Shown: in pieces, positions 8,215 to 17,573 of the stretch
Numbering within the stretch: position 1 is the stretch's first letter
Layout: each line of letters starts with the position of its first letter
Source of the DNA: Promethearchaeota archaeon
GTDB taxonomy: Archaea; Asgardarchaeota; Lokiarchaeia; Sigyniarchaeales; SOKP01
Direction: 5' to 3'
NCBI GenBank assembly: GCA_048941285.1
Contig: JBHLNS010000038.1
Span: forward strand, 1-31,647
DNA length: 31,647 nucleotides
Program-made: the position numbers and the translations under genes
The notes under the pieces: generated by a model
What the model was told of the DNA's origin: nothing
Seen by the model: only the letters and a program-made list of their open reading frames with translations
Database searches by the model: none

Positions 8215-9147
8215 CTAAAATAGAATCATAGTGACACCAATTAAAGTAGTAATGACTCCTATGTACCCTCTTTTAGAAAGTTTTTCTTTATTTATTAAAT
8301 AAGAGAAGGGGATTGTAAATAATGGCATTGCTGTAGATATAAGAGACATAAAAATCGCACCTGCTGTATGAACAGCTTCTCCAAAAAAGATACTTCCAAT
8401 GGAATAACTCAAGAAAGCAGAAATGAGGAGTATTATCCAAGTATTGCGACTTTTAGGTATTGGTGTTCTTTTTCTTTGTATTACTGCAATCATACTTAAT
8501 GAAACGGAAGCGAATAGAAATCTTACTGCCATAGCTATCATAGTACTTAAAACACCTAAATTTAAGATTTGATCAACCTGATTTATCGAATAATCTGTTA
8601 AAGCAACCCCAATCGCCCATGAAATTGCAGTAATAAGTGCCAAGAGGGCTCCTTTAAATACTTTAGACAAATGGACTTTACTTAATTCTTTTTGAGTAGA
8701 TTTTTTATCATTAGAATCATTAACTTCTTCTTTTGTAATTGTTATAACTCCGATTCCAATTATTATACCTGAGAGAATCATTTGAACAGAAATTGAGCGA
8801 TTTAAAAAAATCACGGCAAATAATATTGTAAAAAATGGGGTTGTAGTAGTAATTGCAAGTGCTTTAGCAGGTCCTAGAATCTTCTGTGATTGAAGATATG
8901 CAGTATCTCCAATAATTACCGTAAATAAAATACTAATAGATAAGATTAAAATCAATAAAATTGAAAGAGAAAAAATTTTCAAGAATACTCCAAAGGATAA
9001 ACAGATAATTAAAAATGTTATAAAGCCTACTATCGAGCGAATAGTATTTTGCAGAATTGGTGTTGCTTCATTTTCTATCCTTCTTGCTAATACAAATGAA
9101 ATTGCAAAAAATAAAGTTGTAAGGACCGCCATTATCTCCCCATACAT
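8215..9147 (-). CDS. DMT/EamA family transporter
   Basis: Two EamA repeats (GDTAY...LGPAKA...PFFT..FAVIFL and GS.FF..A...AGA...PLFT.PFSYLI.KEK); 10 TM segments. Confidence 0.9.
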   Translation of the reverse strand: MYGEIMAVLTTLFFAISFVLARRIENEATPILQNTIRSIVGFITFLIICLSFGVFLKIFSLSILLILILSISILFTVIIGDTAYLQSQKILGPAKALAITTTTPFFTILFAVIFLNRSISVQMILSGIIIGIGVITITKEEVNDSNDKKSTQKELSKVHLSKVFKGALLALITAISWAIGVALTDYSINQVDQILNLGVLSTMIAMAVRFLFASVSLSMIAVIQRKRTPIPKSRNTWIILLISAFLSYSIGSIFFGEAVHTAGAIFMSLISTAMPLFTIPFSYLINKEKLSKRGYIGVITTLIGVTMILF

Positions 9148-9312
9148 ACCTAATCTGAACTCTTTATTGTGGTTTGGTTTATTTTTCTATTTTAAGGACT
9201 GTTACGTTTACAATTTTTAAAATTTATTATCTCTATTACATTTTTAAAGAGATTTGTTTTTTTAATTGTTTATGCATAATTTTTATGATTTCTATCAAAT
9301 GGAGAATCTTTA

Positions 9313-10095
9313 ATGGAAACACATAAAAATAATTTTACTAACAAAATTAATAGCAAAATTGATAAGCTACAAAAAAACTTTGAAAAAATTTTGACTGAAA
9401 ATGCTTATAACTCTTATAATTTTAACGATATTCCTCCTATAATCGGAATTCTAATTGCAGATCAGTATGGAAATACATTGATGGTAATTGAATATGAATC
9501 TACCAATCAAAACAGCTTTGGACCAATAAAATCTTATTTATCAGAAAATGAAAAAAGTTTTTTAGAGATCGATTTGATATCGATGTATTTTAGCTCACTT
9601 AAAACATTTGCTGGACAAACAAATATTCAAAATTTATCGAATTTAGAAGTCCATGGGTCTAACTTAAAAGTCCAAATCTTCTTTCCATTTGATAACTATA
9701 TGATTATTATTTTCTTGAATTCTAAAACAGAATTAAATTTGAGAGAAAAAACACTAATTGTAAAATTTTTCGAAGAGAAATTAACTAAATACGAATTTGA
9801 GTTTATGCATTTTAATGCAGCAAAATCAAGAAAAATTCTCAATATGTTAGAACTTAAGGGAAAAGCATGGCTTAAGCAATTAAATAGGAACTATTTACAT
9901 AATTTTAAAGATATGTATTTAAAAAAACATGAAATTATTGATGAACTAACAAGGGAAATTGAACCGATAATTAAGGAAGTAGTTTTAGAATATTTGGAAA
10001 ATATTCCTGAAGATATTATCCAAAATATATCAAAAGAAATAAAAACTAAAATTCAAGACTCCCTGTTTGGATTTAATGGTAATTTTAGTTATTAA
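9313..10095 (+). CDS. Longin/roadblock-like (profilin-like fold) domain protein
   Basis: IIGILIADQYGNTLMVIEY beta-hairpin, helix LISMYFSSLKTFA, three further strands and a C-terminal helix, matching the pattern of Asgard longin-like proteins. Confidence 0.6.
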   Translation: METHKNNFTNKINSKIDKLQKNFEKILTENAYNSYNFNDIPPIIGILIADQYGNTLMVIEYESTNQNSFGPIKSYLSENEKSFLEIDLISMYFSSLKTFAGQTNIQNLSNLEVHGSNLKVQIFFPFDNYMIIIFLNSKTELNLREKTLIVKFFEEKLTKYEFEFMHFNAAKSRKILNMLELKGKAWLKQLNRNYLHNFKDMYLKKHEIIDELTREIEPIIKEVVLEYLENIPEDIIQNISKEIKTKIQDSLFGFNGNFSY

Positions 10096-10102
10096 AAAAT
10101 TA

Positions 10103-10483
10103 TTACCTAATTTTATGAGAGAGCTTATGGACGATCCACCATTTACCATCAATTTTCATGAGGTTAAAGTAATCAATGTACCCAACTTTTTCGCATTCGA
10201 TTTTTAGTTTTACTGCAGCATTATTTCCAGTAACATCAATATTATAAAATTCTGTATTCCAAGTTAAATCTTTATTCAGATTCTTTGGGTCATACCATGA
10301 CATATATTCTTCCTTATTAACAATTCTAAGTTGCCCATCATTATCAAAGAAGAAAAATTTCCATTGATCATGGAGAATCTTCTTATATAGCTCAGGATCA
10401 CTTTTAACATGTCCCTCATGATAATAATCAAGAATAGCTTTTTTAATTGCTTCTTGTTCATTCCTATTATTGTTAAATTGCAT
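10103..10483 (-). CDS. NTF2-like (putative lumazine-binding family) protein
   Basis: EAIKKAILDYY...IDVTGNNAAVKL...YIDYFNLMKIDGKWWIVHK. ATG at 10483 is preferred over TTG at 10579. Confidence 0.88.
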   Translation of the reverse strand: MQFNNNRNEQEAIKKAILDYYHEGHVKSDPELYKKILHDQWKFFFFDNDGQLRIVNKEEYMSWYDPKNLNKDLTWNTEFYNIDVTGNNAAVKLKIECEKVGYIDYFNLMKIDGKWWIVHKLSHKIR

Positions 10484-10739
10484 TTTACTCAATATTAGCT
10501 TTATAATTAGATTGGTGGTATGAAATAATAAAATAGAACTTAAAAAATTTTTTTTATAAAATAGTAAAAATATTATCAATAACTCTGTATTTTCCTCTAA
10601 TCGTTCAAATTCGTACGCAATGTAAGTCGAATAAATCTTTAATTCGATATCAGTTGTTGTAAAACAACATAAGAGCTTAACTTATTATTATGAAAGAATA
10701 ACTAAAACCATATATAAAAACTAGACATTATCAATATTT

Positions 10740-10961
10740 TTAGCATAATTTTTCTATTTTCATCTTACGATTTCTAATAACAAGAAATCCGAGAAGTATA
10801 AAAACCAATTCAAAAAGAATATCTTTCAAATATAACGTAATCCCTGTGTACCAAATCAATAAACTTAATACTAAAGTTATAACACTATATACAACGGAGA
10901 GTAATCCGATTGATAATAATAAATATCCGATATATAAATTAAGATCAACTTTTCTTCGCAA
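10740..10961 (-). CDS. Small 2-TM membrane protein
   Basis: 73-aa ORF with two hydrophobic segments and a TTG start. Confidence 0.5.
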   Translation of the reverse strand: MRRKVDLNLYIGYLLLSIGLLSVVYSVITLVLSLLIWYTGITLYLKDILFELVFILLGFLVIRNRKMKIEKLC

Positions 10962-11110
10962 TTTTAATTCTCTACAAAATTAAAGCTTTTTTTTGCGTTA
11001 TTTATGAATTTGATTATTACTATGAAAATATAATATTTAAAATTCATCCATTTTATTTGAAATTATCATATTAATACTATAGGTATGATAAAATTCTACT
11101 CAAAGTTACA

Positions 11111-11347
11111 TTATTTATCATATTTTCGAGAATTAGCGTAAAAATTGAATTGATTCCTTTTTACCTTAAATGGTCTTTCAGGTAAATTGAAATAACAATC
11201 AGGGCAAAAAAGAGCAATCATAGAGTCATTCCAAATACTTTTAGCTCTTAATTTTGAAATGGATGGATTATCTCTTAAAAATTCTGGAAATGATATTAAT
11301 TTTCTACATATCATACATCGTTTATTCTTCAAATCTTCACTAATCAT
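11111..11347 (-). CDS. Small CxxC...CxxC zinc-binding protein
   Basis: RCMICRK...IWND...FCPDCY; likely ATG at 11347. Confidence 0.7.
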   Translation of the reverse strand: MISEDLKNKRCMICRKLISFPEFLRDNPSISKLRAKSIWNDSMIALFCPDCYFNLPERPFKVKRNQFNFYANSRKYDK

Positions 11348-11549
11348 TTTAATCTTCAATTTCTTATGGTTTAGTAATTACATATCTTTATTTATTATTT
11401 AAAAGCATTAGAGTCATACTGTTTTCCTAAGGATGGTAGATTAGCAGAATAAAACAGGATAAAATATTTTAATTCTTCGTCTTAACTTCGAACTTCGCGA
11501 AAAGTTTCAAAATAGAAACTATATATCGAAGTATACCTATATTAAAATT

Positions 11550-11966
11550 ATGAGCTTAAAATCTATTGGTAAAAAATACAATTTAGCTGAGATAGTTATT
11601 CCCTTTTCTGAATTTGGAGAGTCAAAAAAAGATCAAGATTTGTATGAAGGAACTGAAAAAATGCCATTTTCCGAAAGAGATCCTCAATACAAAGAAATTT
11701 TAAAAGATGAATTTGCCCTAGGTGACCTTTTTGAAATGTATCAACATTTAATCAAGATAAATTATATATTAACCAAATTAAGTGATTAAGAAATGTCTAC
11801 AGAATATTATATGTTTTTAGAAGAAATTCGAATGATTTCTGGCCATATAGACATGCTTCAGAAATCAACCAACCAAAAAGTTTTGAAATCCATGTTTTTC
11901 ATGGAAGATCTCATATCACATATAGATTGTGTAGAGAATCTATTAGCGAGGGAATTACAAAAATGA
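11550..11966 (+). pseudogene. Helical hypothetical protein interrupted by an in-frame TAA (or two abutting small genes)
   Basis: ORF 11550-11789 ends in TAA. The same frame continues GAA ATG TCT... for 58 codons (EMSTEYYMFLEEIR...ELQK) to TGA at 11964-11966. Confidence 0.5.
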
Positions 11967-12029
11967 AAAGAAATGGAATTAAGGAAATAATTATAAGAAA
12001 TGATATTGTTATCCGTGTATAAATGAACC

Positions 12030-12878
12030 TCAATAAATTTGAAGATCATTTCCAGAAACAACTTTTCCATCATACTCTTTTTTTACTTCAGCTACTAATT
12101 CTCCTTCACTAGCACCCCAAAAAAGCTGGTGATAAAGAATTAATAATTCCGGCTTAACCTTAGATGCAATTTTAGCAAGTTCAGAAGAAGATGTATGTAC
12201 ATTCGAATGGTATTTCTTCCATTCTGGCGGTAACATTTTAAATGTTCTTGAGAGATAGACTTCATGTATCAAAATATCACATCCTTTATAAAAATCAATA
12301 CACTCATCGAAAGGAGCAGTATCACCTGAAATAACAATATTTTTCTCGGGGGTAATAAACTTAAAACCAAATGAAGTTAAAGTTCCATGATTAACAGGGA
12401 ATGCTTCTACCGTTATATTTTCATCTTCATAAATTACTCCAGTTCTTATTTCATTAATTAGTGTCTTATATCCAGAGTTATTAGCTGGTTCTAGACCGTT
12501 AATTCTCTCCCGAATGTCTAGATCGTAAGCCTTAATAATATTTTCTGTCATTTCTTGTGTCCCTGGGGGGCCATAAATTACAAGAGGTTCCGATCTTCCC
12601 ATTATCCATGGAGTTAGAATAAGATCTGGATATCCAAGGGTGTGATCCGAATGCAAATGAGTTAAAAAACCTTTGGTTAATCGAGATGACTCGAGGGAAT
12701 TAATTCCAAAATCATAACATGCATTGTTGATTCTACGAGTAATTCCTACACCAAAATCGATTAAATAGGAAGAATTGTTTACGATTATGGCTAATGAAGG
12801 GCCAAATCGCATGGGATCAGGATTTGGATTTCCAGTTCCTAACAGTATAATTTTAGACTTATTTGAATTTAATCTCAT
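12030..12878 (-). CDS. Metallo-beta-lactamase fold hydrolase, RNase Z/BN/AtsA-like
   Basis: LLGTG, THLHSDH, VNHG, SGDT, DILIHE, HT and LYH motifs. Confidence 0.92.
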   Translation of the reverse strand: MRLNSNKSKIILLGTGNPNPDPMRFGPSLAIIVNNSSYLIDFGVGITRRINNACYDFGINSLESSRLTKGFLTHLHSDHTLGYPDLILTPWIMGRSEPLVIYGPPGTQEMTENIIKAYDLDIRERINGLEPANNSGYKTLINEIRTGVIYEDENITVEAFPVNHGTLTSFGFKFITPEKNIVISGDTAPFDECIDFYKGCDILIHEVYLSRTFKMLPPEWKKYHSNVHTSSSELAKIASKVKPELLILYHQLFWGASEGELVAEVKKEYDGKVVSGNDLQIY

Positions 12879-12954
12879 ATAAACATCTCATTGAGACAAA
12901 AAAGGAATTTTAATGATATATGTTGATTATTTTTTAAAATTTATATCTTTATCA

Positions 12955-14733
12955 TTAATATAATTGCTCATAAGTTGGATACCAATATAGATTTCTCATA
13001 CTATTGTATAAAACACCTTTCAAAGTTTTAGAATGAACATAATAAAGCTTATCATATTCTACTCCCATATGGTATTGGTATTTATCCATAATTAAATATT
13101 GAAGTTTTTTATAGTATGAGTATCTCGTAGCGGTATCTTTTTCAGCTAAGGCTAACCCTAAAAATTTGTTTATCTGAGGATTGTCAATTCGAGCAAAATT
13201 GGATGAAGATGCGGGATTAACTAATGGATCAATCATATTAAAAGTTTCAAAGTAATCAGGTCCCCATCCGACGAAGTAGATATGGAGTCTATCAGGGTGA
13301 TTTTCTCCCATTTCTATGAATTCATCCCAAGTCAAAATTTGGATGTTAATCTCAATTCCAATCAAATCCATATCAAATTCGAATCGTTGAATGAGAAGTT
13401 CCATGAAATGACTTCCTTGTCTATGACGGAAGTTAAATCCATTGGTAAAGTTCCCAACAGCTGGAACCCATGATGCGGCCTTCCAAAGAGCTTCATCTGC
13501 TCCAGGAGTGAATACACTTCCAACTTGGGAGCCTACCTCCCATCCTACTCCAAAACCCATGCTCTGCATTTTTTGTCTGGCGTAGGGAATGTTGTAGACA
13601 CCACCTTTAACTGTATAATTATGAGCAGGGAAACCTGGAGGAACTAAGGAATTAGCTTTCACTGTAGTTCCCTCATCAATTTCTTTGTTCAGATAGGTGT
13701 AGTTAAAGGCAGAGGCAATAGCTTTTCTCCAGGTAACATTTATATAAGGGGAGTTAAATGCAATATACCAATAGATAGAACCGTTGATATAATCATGAAC
13801 TCCATCTCCAGTTACCGTGATATAAGGGCTCGCTTCAAAATATTCCTTTAATGTTTCAATACCTTGACCTAAGTAGTCAATATCTCCAGCCAGCATAGCA
13901 TTATTAGCACTAACAGCATCTCTATAATAAATATAAGCGATTTCATCCCAGTAAGCAGGCCCATCCCAATATCTATCCCAACGCTCAAATCGAACCTCAG
14001 AGTTTGGTACATATTTGACTAATTTGAATGGACCAGTTCCAATGGTTAGATCTGTAGCGAGTTCTAACATCTCATGCAGGGGAGTAGAATCAGGATGGAC
14101 AATTGAGCTTGCTGTGTATGTTAATAATCCTTCGGCAGGAGCAAACGGAGCATTCAATCTAATGGTAACCTCCAAGGGGTTGTTCGGGTTTACAAAACTG
14201 AGGCTATGATTGAAGATTGGTGTTAAGCCTGGAGGCTTATCAGGAAATTTATAAAAAGAATGTGGAAAAGCCATATGATGAGGAGAAGATAAGGTACCAG
14301 TAGCGTTGCCAAAGAAATTAATTCTCTCGAGGGTATGAATGACGCATTCTCCAGTGAGAAGGCAACCATCATGGAACAATACATTTGGTCGTAAGTTGAA
14401 TACGATTGTGGTCTCATTGGGCCAAATCCAAGATTCAGCAAGTCTTCCGACAAGGGGATATGCAGGATCTGATAAATTATAGGCAATAAGAGTCTCAACT
14501 ACCTGATCAAGTATATCATTTGAAACACTGTCCTTGCTATCACATGGATCCATAGTAACTGGATTAGCCGTTCTTGAGATTTTGAGTACTTCCCAGTCAT
14601 AATGGTAGGGTTCATTCCAATACCAAGGAATACTCATTAAGATTGTGCTATAAATGCCAAAAACAATTATATTAGCAATTAGAGCAATACAAATCATTGA
14701 GTTCAAAAATTTATCATTATCTTTTACTCTCAT
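12955..14733 (-). CDS. ABC transporter substrate-binding protein, family 5 (OppA/DppA-like), N-terminally membrane-anchored
   Basis: MDP, ETL, LAESW, FNLRPNVLFHDG, IGTGPFKL, RKAI and GWGPDY motifs; N-terminal TM helix. Confidence 0.92.
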   Translation of the reverse strand: MRVKDNDKFLNSMICIALIANIIVFGIYSTILMSIPWYWNEPYHYDWEVLKISRTANPVTMDPCDSKDSVSNDILDQVVETLIAYNLSDPAYPLVGRLAESWIWPNETTIVFNLRPNVLFHDGCLLTGECVIHTLERINFFGNATGTLSSPHHMAFPHSFYKFPDKPPGLTPIFNHSLSFVNPNNPLEVTIRLNAPFAPAEGLLTYTASSIVHPDSTPLHEMLELATDLTIGTGPFKLVKYVPNSEVRFERWDRYWDGPAYWDEIAYIYYRDAVSANNAMLAGDIDYLGQGIETLKEYFEASPYITVTGDGVHDYINGSIYWYIAFNSPYINVTWRKAIASAFNYTYLNKEIDEGTTVKANSLVPPGFPAHNYTVKGGVYNIPYARQKMQSMGFGVGWEVGSQVGSVFTPGADEALWKAASWVPAVGNFTNGFNFRHRQGSHFMELLIQRFEFDMDLIGIEINIQILTWDEFIEMGENHPDRLHIYFVGWGPDYFETFNMIDPLVNPASSSNFARIDNPQINKFLGLALAEKDTATRYSYYKKLQYLIMDKYQYHMGVEYDKLYYVHSKTLKGVLYNSMRNLYWYPTYEQLY

Positions 14734-14758
14734 TTTGCTCTTAAAATTATTTTTAAAT

Positions 14759-15277
14759 TCAATAATAAAATAAAAACATTGGAAAGCCTATCATAAAAGT
14801 TATCAAATTAGCGGTAATTGTTGATTTTATTATAGTTTTGGACATTGCACCGTATTCAAAATCATATTCAAAAAAATAATATTTTCTAAAGATCTTTAAA
14901 TATAACAAGCATTCTAACATAATTGGAAAGATTTCGACAATTATAGAAATAAATAGAATAGTGTTAAAGTTGGATAAATTAGATAAATAAAAAACAAAAC
15001 CAAATAATTGTGTTAAAGGAAACGTCAATAGATTGACTGCAAATACTGATTTGTAGAATTTCCTAGAGGATTCCCTAGCTATATTGGATCCTAAAAAAAT
15101 TCTGATTATACTACTTTCCACAGTAAATGTAATAAAAAATAAAAATACCAATTTTAGAAACATAAATGGGCCAAAAAAGGATACTATAACTGGATTTGCT
15201 TTTACTTGAGGAATAATTGAAATAATAAAAGCCAAAATTAGTAATATACTACTAATTCGTCTTCCAAATTTCGTCAT
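14759..15277 (-). CDS. Membrane protein with a signal-peptide-like N-terminus
   Basis: VKA-NP cleavage-like site, then repeated TVE/LE and VNLLT/ANLIT TM pairs. Confidence 0.75.
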   Translation of the reverse strand: MTKFGRRISSILLILAFIISIIPQVKANPVIVSFFGPFMFLKLVFLFFITFTVESSIIRIFLGSNIARESSRKFYKSVFAVNLLTFPLTQLFGFVFYLSNLSNFNTILFISIIVEIFPIMLECLLYLKIFRKYYFFEYDFEYGAMSKTIIKSTITANLITFMIGFPMFLFYY

Positions 15278-15415
15278 ATAAAATTATAAGTTATTTTGGG
15301 TTTCTCGTTAATTAATTGATATTTTCTTTTATAATAATATAAATTTTTGTCAAGTTTTGATATGCTTTTATAATATCATATCAGTCACGCAAGGATATCC
15401 TCTCCTTATAAAATT

Positions 15416-15883
15416 TTAATATCTAGGGATTTCTTTAATCTCTTGGTAATATGATTCGATACCTATTTCTTTCATTCTATTATTTATTTGAATCCATCTT
15501 CGCTTAAGATGTTCATCAAAATTAGTCTTCTCGCAAGGAAACTCATCACATTGAAAACAAAAATCAACACCTTTATTTTTATAGCAATCTCTAACTCCAC
15601 AATCAGGATATAAACAAGAACCTTTCCTACATCCTAGACAATTCTCTTCTCCAAAATACTGAAGTAATACTTTGAAGGAGGGATATGCTTTAAATATAGG
15701 TAGGAATGATGAAAACCTTTCAGCGTATATATCGAATGATCCTAATAGATTTTGTAACCTTACACTAGTCTTTCGAATTGCTCCCTCGGAGTTCGCAAAA
15801 CACTTAATACAATTAAGTCCACATGGTGCTAAAGCCTGTAATAGCTCTTTATATTCGATTTTCTCTAAACTTTTTTTTTTCAT
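15416..15883 (-). CDS. DUF3795-like Cys-rich (Fe-S/Zn) protein
   Basis: APCGLNCIKC, CLGCR, C..C and FCFQCDEFPC motifs. Confidence 0.85.
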   Translation of the reverse strand: MKKKSLEKIEYKELLQALAPCGLNCIKCFANSEGAIRKTSVRLQNLLGSFDIYAERFSSFLPIFKAYPSFKVLLQYFGEENCLGCRKGSCLYPDCGVRDCYKNKGVDFCFQCDEFPCEKTNFDEHLKRRWIQINNRMKEIGIESYYQEIKEIPRY

Positions 15884-16125
15884 TAGATATTATTGCTGTT
15901 TGTAGCTCTAATTCTTCTTTTAAATATCGAAATACCAATTGTTAAAATTATTTCAATTACCAATAACGCACAAAATACTGCAATGCTGTAGAATAAGAGA
16001 TATTCTCTTGAACGTCCTATACTTATCGTTAAACCAATACCAATTACTATAATTATGATCCAACGTATAAAAATCATGAAATTAACAAGACCTATATAGT
16101 TTTTTAATTGAGATTCTTTATCCAT
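15883..16125 (-). CDS. Small 2-TM membrane protein, translationally coupled to the DUF3795-like gene
   Basis: 80-aa ORF whose TAA overlaps the next ATG at 15883. Confidence 0.65.
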   Translation of the reverse strand: MDKESQLKNYIGLVNFMIFIRWIIIIVIGIGLTISIGRSREYLLFYSIAVFCALLVIEIILTIGISIFKRRIRATNSNNI

Positions 16126-16287
16126 TCATTTCACTAATCATTATATAGATTTACGCACATTTAATCAATATAATAAGACTTTACATTTAAAACTAACAGA
16201 ATTGAATTTGTAAAAAAATTTCATGTTTTCAAAAGAAATTTTAAAGTTTAACATCTAAATCTTGAATCATGAAATTTCCAAATTTCC

Positions 16288-16512
16288 ATGGGAGATTTTA
16301 ACACAGAACCAGATACACTTTACTATAATATGTCCGTTGCGGTTTTAAAAGATGCATGGGTAAATGCATCATCAAGTGGAATCGATAGACCTAGTTTTGA
16401 CTTGTCAGAACGTATTGATCACATATTCATATCTCATAACTTTACAGTTTTAGAAACTATATATATTAATTATACAGCATCCGACCATCCAGCACTTTGG
16501 ACTGAAATCTAA
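16288..16512 (+). pseudogene. C-terminal fragment of an endonuclease/exonuclease/phosphatase (EEP) family gene
   Basis: GDFN, RIDHIF and SDH motifs are present, but the N-terminal part of the fold is missing; an in-frame TGA lies at 16270-16272 upstream. Confidence 0.75.
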
Positions 16513-16699
16513 TTTTAATTCTCTAATTTTTTTAAACTTTGTACTTATTATCGAATATACTGTAGTCTCCTTTACTAAATTAGAAAAACTTCAAAATCAT
16601 TCCAACGGGTTTTATAATACCTTTTTAATACCATTTTATTAAATATAAAAAAACTTGAATAAAAATACAAAATTAATGAAAAATTTGGATGTGATTTAA

Positions 16700-17032
16700 A
16701 TGAGTTTTGATGAATTTGATGAAGAATTAGGTGGAGGAGAACCCGTAAAATCTAAAACTCCCGCCTCTAAAACCCCTTCAAGTGGAAAGAAATTAACCCT
16801 ATATTTTATGTCAACAATTGGCCCTGGTGAAAAGAAAGAGAAACTTACAGTGAATGATAGCAATAGAGTAAGCGATATTAAAAATACATTAGGAAATTTA
16901 TACGGACTTGATCCTAATGACTTTCATTTATCATCTGGTGGAGTGACGATGGACGAAAATAGTTCTTTAAGAGACTATGATGTAAATAACGGTGATGATA
17001 TTCTATTAATCCCTGCAAGTACTGCAGGGTAA
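16700..17032 (+). CDS. Ubiquitin-like (beta-grasp) protein with an acidic then Ser/Lys/Pro-rich N-terminal extension
   Basis: LTV...RVSDIK..L....G..P..F.L..GG..MDE..SL.DY.V.NGD.I.L matches the ubiquitin pattern; the C-terminus is STAG. Confidence 0.85.
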   Translation: MSFDEFDEELGGGEPVKSKTPASKTPSSGKKLTLYFMSTIGPGEKKEKLTVNDSNRVSDIKNTLGNLYGLDPNDFHLSSGGVTMDENSSLRDYDVNNGDDILLIPASTAG

Positions 17033-17034
17033 AA

Positions 17035-17060
17035 TTTTTTTATTTTTTTTTACTTTTTTT
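17035..17060 (+). terminator. Oligo-T terminator after the ubiquitin-like gene
   Basis: Three consecutive runs of 7 or more T directly after the stop codon. Confidence 0.55.
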
Positions 17061-17164
17061 ATCTAAATTTTGGTTTTGGTTTAAGATTTCCTTGCTTTAA
17101 AAGATGCAGTCTTAATTTTTGTTTAAAGCTCATTATAGTTAATTTTATCATTACGATAATTTTT

Positions 17165-17336
17165 TGTGTATTCATTTTTACTAATACACACTCTTGCAAA
17201 ATTTTTTAAAATATAATTAGAATGCTTATAATCTCAATATTCTTGATTTCCACAATCTTAAATACACACTTCGATCCACAACATTTAAATATGATGATAC
17301 ACACCTTATGATCAGAGAATAAAAAATTATACACAC
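17165..17336 (+). promoter_or_regulatory. Repeated operator-like ATACACAC boxes around a TATA box
   Basis: ATACACAC at 17184, 17262, 17297 and 17329; inverted TGTGTATT at 17165-17172; TTTAAATA at 17284-17291. Confidence 0.6.
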
Positions 17337-17362
17337 TCAAAAAAAAATTAAAAAATAAAAAA

Positions 17363-17461
17363 ATGGTGGAAAGAAAAATGGAAAATAGTTATGAATATTA
17401 CAAGAAAATAAAAGCCCAGTTTGATGCTGAAAGAGCGTTTATTGGCAAAAGATATTATTAA
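17363..17461 (+). CDS. Micropeptide 1 (32 aa)
   Basis: MVERKMENSYEYYKKIKAQFDAERAFIGKRYY*; similar to micropeptide 2. Confidence 0.55.
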   Translation: MVERKMENSYEYYKKIKAQFDAERAFIGKRYY

Positions 17462-17483
17462 ATACATTTTTTTTTTATTTTTT

Positions 17484-17528
17484 TTATCAAGGTTATCAAA
17501 ATTATCAAAATTATCAAAATTATCAAAA
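17484..17528 (+). repeat. 9-bp tandem repeat (TTATCAAAA)x5, first copy TTATCAAGG
   Basis: Directly visible; preceded by a long T tract at 17467-17485. Confidence 0.9.
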
Positions 17529-17573
17529 AACATTATAAAGAAAAGAATTAGAAACGAATTGGAGGCTAAAAAT

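Noticed and set aside
11964-11966. TGA as a second selenocysteine codon
   Set aside because: No redox context, only 7 codons follow, and no convincing SECIS hairpin lies downstream.
17484-17528. CRISPR array
   Set aside because: The units are 9 bp with no spacers, and no cas genes are present.
17348-17573. Track ORFs 17348-17533 (-) and the N-terminal part of 17421-17681 (+)
   Set aside because: They are products of the 9-bp repeat and T tract (SKL/FDN repeats); the SD supports ATG at 17574 instead.
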